DNA of 64,000 nt, from contig JAYPJF010000002.1 of NCBI GenBank assembly GCA_038128225.1, forward strand, positions 258,785 to 322,784, in the 5' to 3' direction. Below are positions 9,597-18,300 of the stretch, in pieces. Position numbers and translations under genes: made by a program. Origin of the DNA: a bacterium (GTDB lineage: Bacteria > Patescibacteriota > Minisyncoccia > Phycocordibacterales > UBA2100). How positions within the stretch are numbered: position 1 is the first letter of the stretch; the number at the start of each line of letters is the position of its first letter. The notes below the pieces were generated by a model. The model worked only from the letters and a program-made list of their open reading frames with translations. It searched no databases and had not been told where the DNA came from.

Positions 9597-11012
9597 TCAG
9601 CCCTGTGGAATAATATGCGCCTCCCACGGCTCATGCACCCCTTCGTGTCTAAGTTTGCCTCGAAACTCTTCTACGATACGCTGCAGCGCGTCTTCGGTGT
9701 GCGCCTCAAAACGAAGTACAAGCGTAGGCGTGTTTGATGATGCGCGAATCAACCCCCACCCATCTTCGAAATACACTCGCGCGCCACTGATTGAGACAAT
9801 ACGCCGCCCTTCTTGAGCAAATGCCTTTCCCACACGTTCAACAATCGTGTACTTATCCATATCAGTTGTCTCCACTTGGATAGTTGGTGTTGCAACGTAG
9901 TACGGAGTCTTTGCGACCAACGCCGAAACAGATCCTTGGTGTTCAGAAACATATTCAAGGAGCTTTAGCGTGGCAAACAACGCATCGTCAACTCCGTTAA
10001 AATCGCGATAAAAGACGTGACCGCTCATTTCCCCGGCAAGCGCAGCTTTTTCCTCGGCAAGTTTCGCCTTTATATATGAATGCCCCGTCTTCCACATTAT
10101 AGGCACTCCACCGTGTGCCTTAATGTCCTCAGGAAGTGCCTCTGACACTTTTACATCGAAGACAATTTTTTCACCCGGCCCCTCTTGCAGGATTGCCCGT
10201 GCCAAAAGCATCAAATAGCGATCAGCCCATATAGTTACGCCCCGCTCATCGACTACTCCCAGCCGGTCGCCATCACCATCAAACGCTACCCCGATATCTG
10301 CGCGGTGTGCGACCGTTTGTGCTCCAGTGTCGCGCATCATGTCCTCGCTCTCGGGATTCGGTGTGTAGTTCGGATACGCAGCATCGAGTGTCGTGAGATG
10401 TTCGATGACCGTACACCCAAGCGCGCGAAGCACATCCGGTACAATGACGCCCGCAGTTCCATTTCCTGTATTGACGAGTACTGAAAGTGGCCGCGCAAGC
10501 CTTACGCGTGAGACTAAATCTTGTGTGTATGCTGCGGCAACCGACTCAGTACGCTCGCTTCCAACTCCATCGATCGCTGTGTCGCGCTCTACACGCGCGT
10601 ACAATTCTTGTATTTCATCAGGCAAGAGCGTTTGCGCCTTACTACACCCAAGTTTCAATCCATTCCATTCAGCGGGGTTGTGACTTGCGGTAACCATTAC
10701 CAATCCTGGCGCATCAAAGTGAAATTGTGCCCAATAACTCATGGGCGTAGTTACACGCCCAATATCGATTACATGAAACCCGGAGGCAACGAGGGCACGT
10801 CGAGCCTCCTGTGCAAATAGGTGTGATGTGGCACGGCCATCGTACCCAACAATAACGTCGCGCACTCCGCGCTCATGTGCCATGGTAGCGAACGCGCGAA
10901 CGATCACAAAAATACCCTCAGCGTTCAGCTCGTGCGCTACGCGTCCGCGGATGTCGTATTCACGAAACATAGTCGGTTCAAGATGCATAGCGGAAGTATA
11001 CTGCGACCGCAA
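9597..11012 (-). CDS. manB: Phosphomannomutase / phosphoglucomutase (alpha-D-phosphohexomutase)
   Basis: Active-site TASHNPAEWNG, metal loop DGDGDR, sugar-binding GEMSGH. Confidence 0.85.
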   Translation of the reverse strand: MRSQYTSAMHLEPTMFREYDIRGRVAHELNAEGIFVIVRAFATMAHERGVRDVIVGYDGRATSHLFAQEARRALVASGFHVIDIGRVTTPMSYWAQFHFDAPGLVMVTASHNPAEWNGLKLGCSKAQTLLPDEIQELYARVERDTAIDGVGSERTESVAAAYTQDLVSRVRLARPLSVLVNTGNGTAGVIVPDVLRALGCTVIEHLTTLDAAYPNYTPNPESEDMMRDTGAQTVAHRADIGVAFDGDGDRLGVVDERGVTIWADRYLMLLARAILQEGPGEKIVFDVKVSEALPEDIKAHGGVPIMWKTGHSYIKAKLAEEKAALAGEMSGHVFYRDFNGVDDALFATLKLLEYVSEHQGSVSALVAKTPYYVATPTIQVETTDMDKYTIVERVGKAFAQEGRRIVSISGARVYFEDGWGLIRASSNTPTLVLRFEAHTEDALQRIVEEFRGKLRHEGVHEPWEAHIIPQG

Positions 11013-11132
11013 AGTAACACTACTAGTACAAAATCCCCGAAACAGGCCCCCCTATTGATTTTACAACACGACTTTGATAAAGTGGCAAAGGTCTCTTTGA
11101 CAAAGAGAAAAGCCCCTAAGCAAAGGAGAGTG

Positions 11133-12059
11133 ATGATGTCGAGAAAGCAAAAGACGAAGGGCGAAGAATTGCCGGCGCACCTTACTGCGCCAATCACCGC
11201 CGATCACCCGGAGGGCGAGATCGCGACTCAGGCGTTTCGCGCAGCGTACAACAAGTTGCTGCTCCCTGAAGATCGCGCAGCGCGAGTCAACGCGAACCGA
11301 GAATTTTCCGACGCGCTCGCGGGTGTGATCGAGAGATACTCTCTCCCGGAAGACTACGTCAACGAGGAAGTAAAGTCCGACCGTGTCTACGGCAAGGGCT
11401 ACACTCCCAGGCCGCTCGGCGATCAGATCAGTATACTCCGTATCCTTTGGCCGAGTTTGGGCAGTGGCTTCGACAGTAACTTCCCGGCGCTTCCTCACGG
11501 TGCTGAGGCATTGTTCGCCATTCCAAGATGGGAAAAACTAGGTAAGACCTACGCCGAGGCCGTGATATCGCTCTTCGACATGTTAAGGAGGCAGAGTTAT
11601 GGCTCTTTCAGCCATGGCTACTACTTCGACTTCGGCAACGACCTCTGCCAATCAGAAGTGACGAAGCGGATATGGAATCAAATCGGCCAAGCACAGCATG
11701 GCCACGACATACTCGTAATTCCCGCTCAGTTCGGTATTCGACATCGTGGCCGCTCGGTTCGTCGAGCACGCGCTGTCTATGGCCGCAATGAGTTTAGCCT
11801 CGGCGTGTTCGCGGTCGGCATTATGTTGCTGACACATCCAGAACGCCTAAGCAACAAAGATGATTTGGCCGTCAGATGCGCGGGCGACGATTACAAAAAA
11901 CAGCTCTCGCACGAATCATCACTCGATTGGGCTCCGCAATTTTCCGTAGAGAGCGACACCGGCTGTCGGTATCTGCAGTTTCATGAACGTGATAAGGGAG
12001 ATCTCAATAGACAAGAGGAAACCGGCTCTGCGACAGGGTGGGCTACCCCTCAGATGTAG
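11133..12059 (+). CDS. Hypothetical protein
   Basis: The long ORF 10875-12059 overlaps manB antisense; the real start is probably ATG 11133, preceded by AAGGAGAG. No recognisable domain. Confidence 0.45.
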   Translation: MMSRKQKTKGEELPAHLTAPITADHPEGEIATQAFRAAYNKLLLPEDRAARVNANREFSDALAGVIERYSLPEDYVNEEVKSDRVYGKGYTPRPLGDQISILRILWPSLGSGFDSNFPALPHGAEALFAIPRWEKLGKTYAEAVISLFDMLRRQSYGSFSHGYYFDFGNDLCQSEVTKRIWNQIGQAQHGHDILVIPAQFGIRHRGRSVRRARAVYGRNEFSLGVFAVGIMLLTHPERLSNKDDLAVRCAGDDYKKQLSHESSLDWAPQFSVESDTGCRYLQFHERDKGDLNRQEETGSATGWATPQM

Positions 12060-12095
12060 CTCGCGTTTCTGTCGGCTCAAGAAAACGCAAAATCC

Positions 12096-12128
12096 CAGGG
12101 CGACCTTCCGGTCGCCCTGTTTCGTTTC
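12096..12128 (+). terminator. Rho-independent terminator
   Basis: CAGGGCGACCttccGGTCGCCCTGtttcgtttc. Confidence 0.55.
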
Positions 12129-12318
12129 AGGCTCTCGCAAGCTAAAACATTGCGTGAGTTGGTAATAACTTATTTACTCGCGAAATTTTATTTTTGTGTT
12201 TGAAAAATATATCCACAAAAATTGCGGACTTGTACACAGATTTTCCACATGATGTCCCCGAAAAAAGGCAGAAGCGGCGGTTGACTTTGCGAGATTTTCG
12301 CCGACACTGAGGATAAGT

Positions 12319-12347
12319 TTGCTCTTTGAAAAGCGGTTCTCTATTAA
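12319..12347 (+). promoter_or_regulatory. Putative sigma70-type promoter for the Gam-like gene
   Basis: TTGCTC, 17 nt spacer, TATTAA, located about 155 nt upstream of the start. Confidence 0.25.
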
Positions 12348-12503
12348 AAAACATTTAAGGGGCGCAACGTGCCCCACTTGAAAAAAAGGTGGAACCACTT
12401 TACACAGAAGAGCGAGCCCAGCAGCGGGAACACCCCCATCGTAGATGCGGGGTGTTTCCTGTTATCTTTTTTGATAGACTCCACAAAGCACGACGCACAG
12501 GAG

Positions 12504-13049
12504 ATGCTCATGGTTACAAAGCAAAAAGAAGTGTCGTTTGGTACCGAGCGGGAAGCAAGTGGCGCACAACGGCAGCTTGCGCGAACACTACGAGAAATAG
12601 AGAAGACGCGAACGCGCGCGGCAGAACGCATTGACGCAATCAATGCTGCAGCGGACAATCAAGTTGCAATCCTCACTAATCACGCGATCGCGCTTGCAAA
12701 CGCGCTGGAAGCGTATGCGACCAGAGAACGCGAGTTCGCGAAAGGCAAGACGGTCACGATTGCCAGTGCGGGAGTCGTGCGTTGGCTCGATTCCCCGCCC
12801 GCTCTCGAAATTGATGACGTATCTGTGCTTCTGGCACAACTTAGGAAGCGCAAGCGACACCAGTACATTCGCGTGCGAGAGGAGATCGATAAGAGTGCGC
12901 TTTTGCGTGCGCTCCTGAGACGGCCACATATCGCCGCACAGCTTCCGGGTGTACGCGTTGCACGTTCAAGCAGAATTTTGATTCAACCCTCCGGTTCGGT
13001 GCTCGGTATTGAGCGACCCGAATCAAGAAGGCGTTGGCGTGTGAGATAA
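12504..13049 (+). CDS. gam: Bacteriophage Mu Gam-like protein (host-nuclease inhibitor / Ku-like DNA end-binding, PF07352-like)
   Basis: Aligns by eye with Mu Gam: GKTVTIASAGVVRWLDSPPALEI versus GKVKTANLVTGDVSWRVRPPSVSI, and DDVSVLLAQL..YIRVREEIDKSALL versus MDAVMETLERLGLQRFIRTKQEINKEAILL. RBS GGAG before ATG 12504/12510. Confidence 0.6.
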   Translation: MLMVTKQKEVSFGTEREASGAQRQLARTLREIEKTRTRAAERIDAINAAADNQVAILTNHAIALANALEAYATREREFAKGKTVTIASAGVVRWLDSPPALEIDDVSVLLAQLRKRKRHQYIRVREEIDKSALLRALLRRPHIAAQLPGVRVARSSRILIQPSGSVLGIERPESRRRWRVR

Positions 13050-13055
13050 GTACCC

Positions 13056-13088
13056 AGCCCGCGGCTAAGCCGCGGGCTACTCTTTTTT
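13056..13088 (+). terminator. Rho-independent terminator
   Basis: AGCCCGCGGCtaaGCCGCGGGCTactctttttt. Confidence 0.55.
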
Positions 13089-13204
13089 AATCATGTCGCT
13101 AAGCACTATGCGACACCATCCTGAGCCTAACAACGCCTCTCAACGCCCAGTTCTCGTGCTAAATAAAGTCCTCGTTTCATCAATAATTACCATTTCGTGC
13201 TAGA

Positions 13205-13969
13205 ATGCTCCCCGTGCCAGCACTCACAATCACTAATGTAACAAAAACATACGCCTCAGGTACACAGGCGCTCAAAGGAGTGTCGCTTGTCGTTCCCGCC
13301 GGAGACTTTTATGCACTCCTCGGACCAAATGGCGCCGGAAAAACAACAATCATCGGTATTGCTACAGGTCTCGTGACGAAGAGCGCAGGCACCGTGGAAG
13401 TTTTTGGGTTTAATACCGATAAAGATCCTGAACACGCAAAGGCCCAGATCGGCCTCGTCGGCCAAGAGATAAACTTCAACCCTTTTGAAAAGCCAATCGA
13501 TATCGTGGTGAATCAAGGCGGGTACTATGGCATACCACGCTCGGAGGCGATTCCTCGAGCAAAACAACTGCTTGCCGATTTGGGATTGGGCGAAAAAATG
13601 AACAATCGGTCTATGGAGCTTTCTGGCGGCATGAAGCGGCGTCTTATGATTGCGCGCGCCCTTATCCACAAGCCACGGTTTCTCATTCTCGATGAACCGA
13701 CTGCGGGTGTCGATGTCGAACTCCGGCGCGGTATGTGGGAGTACCTGCGCAAGCTGACCGCCGAAGGATTGACAATACTCCTCACCACACACTACCTGGA
13801 AGAAGCTGAGCAGCTCGCACAGCATATCGCCATAATCAATAAAGGAACGATAGTCGCTCAGGGAACCAAAGATGACATTCTCGCGCTCCATGACGAAACT
13901 GCACACGCGGGTGGATTTCGCTCAGGAAAACTTGAAGAGGTCTTTCTCCAGCTCACCAAAGAAAAATAG
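13205..13969 (+). CDS. ABC transporter ATP-binding protein
   Basis: Walker A GPNGAGKTT, signature LSGGMKRR, Walker B ILDEPTAGVD. Confidence 0.9.
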   Translation: MLPVPALTITNVTKTYASGTQALKGVSLVVPAGDFYALLGPNGAGKTTIIGIATGLVTKSAGTVEVFGFNTDKDPEHAKAQIGLVGQEINFNPFEKPIDIVVNQGGYYGIPRSEAIPRAKQLLADLGLGEKMNNRSMELSGGMKRRLMIARALIHKPRFLILDEPTAGVDVELRRGMWEYLRKLTAEGLTILLTTHYLEEAEQLAQHIAIINKGTIVAQGTKDDILALHDETAHAGGFRSGKLEEVFLQLTKEK

Positions 13970-13970
13970 T

Positions 13971-14753
13971 ATGACGCCACAGCAAAAATGGATCAGTTTT
14001 TATACGATGATACGCAAAGATGTTGTGCGCATGTTTCGCATCTGGGTGCAAACGTTCCTCCCGAGCGCAGTTACGTCGATACTGTACTTTTTAGTGTTTG
14101 GCACGGTGCTAGGAAACCGTATCGGTGACATGCAGGGAGTTGATTACATGACGTTTGTTGTGCCCGGATTGGTGATGCTTGCAGTGGTAACGACAAGCTA
14201 CGCAAACACTTCGTTTACTTTTTTTACCTCAAAGTTTTTCGCGCGCTCTATTGATGAAATCCTTGTGTCCCCCACACCACCGTGGGTGATGATTGCCGGT
14301 TTTATTGGCGGCGGCGTTATTCGTGGCGTGATCACCGGAATGCTCGTGCTTACTATTTCGTTGTTTTTTACTGGCCTCTCGCTCTCGATACATAATCTTC
14401 TCGTTATTCTCGGGTTTGGCATACTCACCGCGCTTGTGTTCTCGCTCGCAGGACTGGTGAATGGCATTTACGCAAAAACGATTGACGGCATCAACTTGGT
14501 GCCGACATTTGTTCTGACACCACTTGTATATCTCGGAGGCATCTTTTACTCAGTTCACACGCTCCCTGCGTGGTGGCAAACAATTACCTACATAAACCCA
14601 CTTTTTTACCTGATTAATGGCTTCCGATGGGGGTTTCTTGGCATCACCGACGTCTCCCTCCTACTCTCGGTAAGCATACTTGTCGTGTTAATAATCGCAC
14701 TTGTCTTTGTAAACTGGTACTTCATCAGAACGGGGCTTGGCCTCAAACAGTAG
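13971..14753 (+). CDS. ABC-2 family transporter permease
   Basis: Six predicted TM segments; start ATG 13971 lies 2 nt after the ATPase stop. Confidence 0.8.
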   Translation: MTPQQKWISFYTMIRKDVVRMFRIWVQTFLPSAVTSILYFLVFGTVLGNRIGDMQGVDYMTFVVPGLVMLAVVTTSYANTSFTFFTSKFFARSIDEILVSPTPPWVMIAGFIGGGVIRGVITGMLVLTISLFFTGLSLSIHNLLVILGFGILTALVFSLAGLVNGIYAKTIDGINLVPTFVLTPLVYLGGIFYSVHTLPAWWQTITYINPLFYLINGFRWGFLGITDVSLLLSVSILVVLIIALVFVNWYFIRTGLGLKQ

Positions 14754-14847
14754 GCTTCTTAAGCTCTCATGAAATCTTCATCAAGACGGTACATACTGTG
14801 ACCGTGGGCGAAAACTGGGTTTACCCAAGTAAGTTGTCACAACACGT

Positions 14848-15522
14848 ATGAAAATTCTCCTAGTTGAGGATGAAAAACAGCTCGCTGATGCGCTTGCCCG
14901 CGGATTAACACAGAAAGGGTACGCCGTTGATATAGTGGAGGATGGCGAGAAGGCGCTTACCCGCATTTCGCTTCATCGTGAAGACTACGACCTGGTTATT
15001 CTTGATCTCATGCTCCCCAAAAAAGATGGGCTTGAGGTATGCAAAGCTGCGCGCGAATTGGGGGTCACCGTGCCGATTCTGATCCTAACCGCCCGAACAG
15101 AGACCGAGCGAAAAGTCGAACTACTTCTTGCTGGCGCCGATGACTACATGATAAAACCATTTTCGCTCGATGAGCTTACCGCGCGCATTCACGCCCTCAT
15201 GCGGCGACCAAGCGAGAGCAAGCCGGAGACACTCACTGTAGGAAACATCGAACTCAATGTCCAAGAGCGGCGCGTAACTCGCAACGGGAAAGATATCCCG
15301 CTCACACTTAAAGAATTTGGGCTTCTCGAATATTTTATGCGGCGCCCGAATCAGGTCGTGAATAGGGAAAATTTACTGGCTAACTTGTGGGATTTCAACT
15401 ATGTCTCGTTTAGCAACGTGGTGGACGTCCATGTCAAGAACCTTCGACGAAAACTCGATGACGGATCGGGTCTGGCGGTTTTGGAAACAGTGCGCGGCAT
15501 TGGGTATCGACTACGTCCATAA
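14848..15522 (+). CDS. OmpR-family response regulator
   Basis: Receiver domain (MKILLVEDE...DLVILDLMLP) plus winged-helix output domain. Confidence 0.9.
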   Translation: MKILLVEDEKQLADALARGLTQKGYAVDIVEDGEKALTRISLHREDYDLVILDLMLPKKDGLEVCKAARELGVTVPILILTARTETERKVELLLAGADDYMIKPFSLDELTARIHALMRRPSESKPETLTVGNIELNVQERRVTRNGKDIPLTLKEFGLLEYFMRRPNQVVNRENLLANLWDFNYVSFSNVVDVHVKNLRRKLDDGSGLAVLETVRGIGYRLRP

Positions 15523-16615
15523 GTATAAGACTGATGCATTTTTCCGTACCGAAGTGCAGGTAGTGTCACTTTCCATCATATTCACGGTTCTTGTTGCAGC
15601 CGGAGGATATGTGTACTTTTGGTCAACATCTACAACACTTGATGCGCCATACTTCTCTTTTTCAGAAGATCCGACGATTGCAGCAATTGAAAGCGTTATC
15701 GCGGCAAATTATTATGACATTCAATACATACGCACACGAAACTACGCAATATACTCGTCACTCGTCATATATCTGGCACTGGTGATGATTTATCTTATCG
15801 TGCGCGTTGCATTCAGGCCGGTGCGAGAGACGCTCACTTCTCAAAAACGCTTCATCAGTAATGTTGCACACGAATTGCGCACGCCGATCGCAACACTCAA
15901 GATACAAGCAGAAGCCTTTCTATTGGAGCCCAACACAACACCGGCCGTTCGCGCTCTTCTCGATGCAAATATCGTGGAGCTCAATCGGCTTTCAGATGTA
16001 ATAAATAATCTGCTTTCAATTGACCCGCCGTTAAACGCCCCTGGCGTCACTTTCACACGCGTAAACCTTGCACGCGTTGCTCAAACGGTTATCAATAATA
16101 TCCATCTTCTGTACGAAAAAAAGCACGTGAACATCTCTTTCAAAAAGGAAGGTCTCGTATTCGTGTGGGGTAATCAAAGCGCACTCGATCAGATCATTGC
16201 AAACGTCTTGAAAAACGCAATTACTCATTCACATCCCTATAGCCAGATTTCAGTAGTAGTGCATCCTACATCTTTCGACATGGTTGAGCTCTGTATTGAA
16301 GATCATGGGGTAGGTATACCGCGCGAGGAGCTCCCAAGAGTATTTGAGCCCTTTTATCGTACGGACACGTCACGCACACGCACAAACGCCTCAGGCGGCG
16401 CGGGACTTGGCCTCGCCATTGTTAATGAGTTGGTAAAGCTCCACAGAGGACGGATTCACATTCGCAGCACTGTTGGTAAAGGAACCACCGTGATTATTCA
16501 CTTCCCTATTGCCGCACTCCAAGAAACAACACTGTCTCCCCGTTTAAGCCCTCGCCCAAATGAAGTGATTGTGGATTATGCTTCGGCACAAATTAAACGC
16601 CTATTTTTCGGATAG
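15401..16615 (+). CDS. Sensor histidine kinase (HisKA + HATPase_c), two TM segments
   Basis: H-box NVAHELRTPIA; G-boxes GGAGLGLAIV and GKGTTVIIHF. The true start is probably downstream of the RR stop (GTG near 15554), since the annotated ORF overlaps the RR gene by 120 nt. Confidence 0.8.
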   Translation: MSRLATWWTSMSRTFDENSMTDRVWRFWKQCAALGIDYVHKYKTDAFFRTEVQVVSLSIIFTVLVAAGGYVYFWSTSTTLDAPYFSFSEDPTIAAIESVIAANYYDIQYIRTRNYAIYSSLVIYLALVMIYLIVRVAFRPVRETLTSQKRFISNVAHELRTPIATLKIQAEAFLLEPNTTPAVRALLDANIVELNRLSDVINNLLSIDPPLNAPGVTFTRVNLARVAQTVINNIHLLYEKKHVNISFKKEGLVFVWGNQSALDQIIANVLKNAITHSHPYSQISVVVHPTSFDMVELCIEDHGVGIPREELPRVFEPFYRTDTSRTRTNASGGAGLGLAIVNELVKLHRGRIHIRSTVGKGTTVIIHFPIAALQETTLSPRLSPRPNEVIVDYASAQIKRLFFG

Positions 16616-16790
16616 TTCACTTCTGCTTCATCCACATTTAGTAGTGTGTACGTAGACATGTTCCTTATACGCGCATTATGTGTTTTGAAACCAAAACGAA
16701 GGTCGAGAGATTACCACTATATACACCACATATGGTAAGACTGAGTATTTCTCAAAATCCAGTGAGGATTGTAAAACGTATCATGTGAAG

Positions 16791-16835
16791 CTGGGAGGCT
16801 GTAGCCGTAATGGTATACAGCCTCCCAGCGTTTTA
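16791..16835 (+). terminator. Strong 13-bp stem hairpin followed by a T-run
   Basis: CTGGGAGGCTGTA-gccgtaatggta-TACAGCCTCCCAGcgtttta, about 175 nt downstream of the HK stop. Confidence 0.4.
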
Positions 16836-16932
16836 TGGCGTGTGTGTCAGTGTAATGCATCGGCCCGAGCAACGTCTACATAACAGAGCGCGTATATCGT
16901 TCACACTGTGCGTGTGCCTTATTCGCTAAAAA

Positions 16933-18291
16933 TTGCTCACCATGAAATTAGACACTACTCGTGTATCGTCACCTGCGCAGTCGCGCACTCAAAAAGTATA
17001 CCGCCATACATCACCACGCCATAACAGTGTCGTTGTTGTAGGAGTCGGTTATGTTGGCCTTCCGCTTGCATTGCGAGCAGCAGAAAAAGGGTTCACCGTC
17101 TTTGGGTATGACGTCGATCATGAAAAAATTGAACACTTAAAAAGAGGTGTGGCTCCGTACGTCACTAAGGCCGAGCAACAACTTCTTTCCCTTCCCCAAT
17201 TTGTCCCAACAACTGACGAAACCGACATACAAAGTGCAGAGACATACATACTGTGCGTCCCTACTCCCGTCGGCAAATCACACATCCCGAATCTTGCGCC
17301 GCTTCGAAGCGCTGCCGCCGTGGTAGGGACACATATGACACGCGGGAGCCTCGTAGTTGTCGAATCTACAGTAAACCCTGGCGTCTGCGAGGAAGTGGTG
17401 CTCTCTATTCTTGAGAAAAAATCCGGCCTCACGGTTGAAAAAGACTTTTACTTTGCTCACTGCCCCGAACGCATCAACCCAGGCGACACGACATGGAACG
17501 TTACCACGCTTCCTCGAGTTATCGGCGCATCTGGCCATCGAAGTCTCACAAAAGCTGAGGAACTGTATGGGCGCATTATTGAAGCGCCGCTACAAAGAAT
17601 GAGCAGCATAAAAGAAGCCGAAGCGGTAAAAATGGTTGAAAATGCATTTCGTGACATTAACATTGCTTTCGTGAATGAGTTGGCGATGGCATTTGACCGA
17701 GCGGGTATCGATCTGGTGAATGTCATCGAGGGTGCCGCAACGAAACCGTTTTCTTTTATGCCACATACGCCAGGGTGCGGTGTTGGCGGGCATTGTATCC
17801 CCGTCGACCCCTATTACTTAATCAGGTACGGAGAAACCAATAACTTTGTGCACCGATTCCTAAAGACCGCGCGCGTCATCAATAACAGCATGCCGCAATA
17901 CACAGTGCGCAGACTACAAGAAGCACTCGCCCAGATCGATGTTCCAATTTCTCGCGCGCGCGTCGCATTGCTCGGACTTGCCTACAAACGCGACATACCC
18001 GATATACGTGAAAGTCCTGCACTCGTAATTGAACGGCTGTTGCGCGCCAAAGGAGCCACCGTGCATACCTTTGACCCATACGTGAAAGAAGCATCGACAT
18101 CAGCATCGTTAGACGACGCGATCGAGAACGTGGACGCGGTCATTATTGCAACGAACCATACGGATTTTGAGCATCTCAGCCCCAAAGAATTCGAACGCGC
18201 GGGGGTACGGATCGTCATTGATGGTCGAAATTGCCTCGATAAAGAAGCCTTTAGCAAAAGTGTGGTCATCTACCGCGGCATCGGCCGTTAA
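16933..18291 (+). CDS. Nucleotide-sugar dehydrogenase (UDP-glucose / UDP-N-acetyl-mannosamine 6-dehydrogenase family)
   Basis: Rossmann VVVVGVGYVGLPLAL and catalytic GGHCIPVDP. Confidence 0.85.
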   Translation: MLTMKLDTTRVSSPAQSRTQKVYRHTSPRHNSVVVVGVGYVGLPLALRAAEKGFTVFGYDVDHEKIEHLKRGVAPYVTKAEQQLLSLPQFVPTTDETDIQSAETYILCVPTPVGKSHIPNLAPLRSAAAVVGTHMTRGSLVVVESTVNPGVCEEVVLSILEKKSGLTVEKDFYFAHCPERINPGDTTWNVTTLPRVIGASGHRSLTKAEELYGRIIEAPLQRMSSIKEAEAVKMVENAFRDINIAFVNELAMAFDRAGIDLVNVIEGAATKPFSFMPHTPGCGVGGHCIPVDPYYLIRYGETNNFVHRFLKTARVINNSMPQYTVRRLQEALAQIDVPISRARVALLGLAYKRDIPDIRESPALVIERLLRAKGATVHTFDPYVKEASTSASLDDAIENVDAVIIATNHTDFEHLSPKEFERAGVRIVIDGRNCLDKEAFSKSVVIYRGIGR

Positions 18292-18300
18292 TCCTTCTCT

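Noticed and set aside
10875-11132. 5' extension of the long ORF 10875-12059 overlapping manB in antisense
   Set aside because: There is an internal ATG with an AAGGAGAG SD at 11133 just after the manB start. The upstream part is the antisense of a conserved enzyme and is unlikely to be coding.
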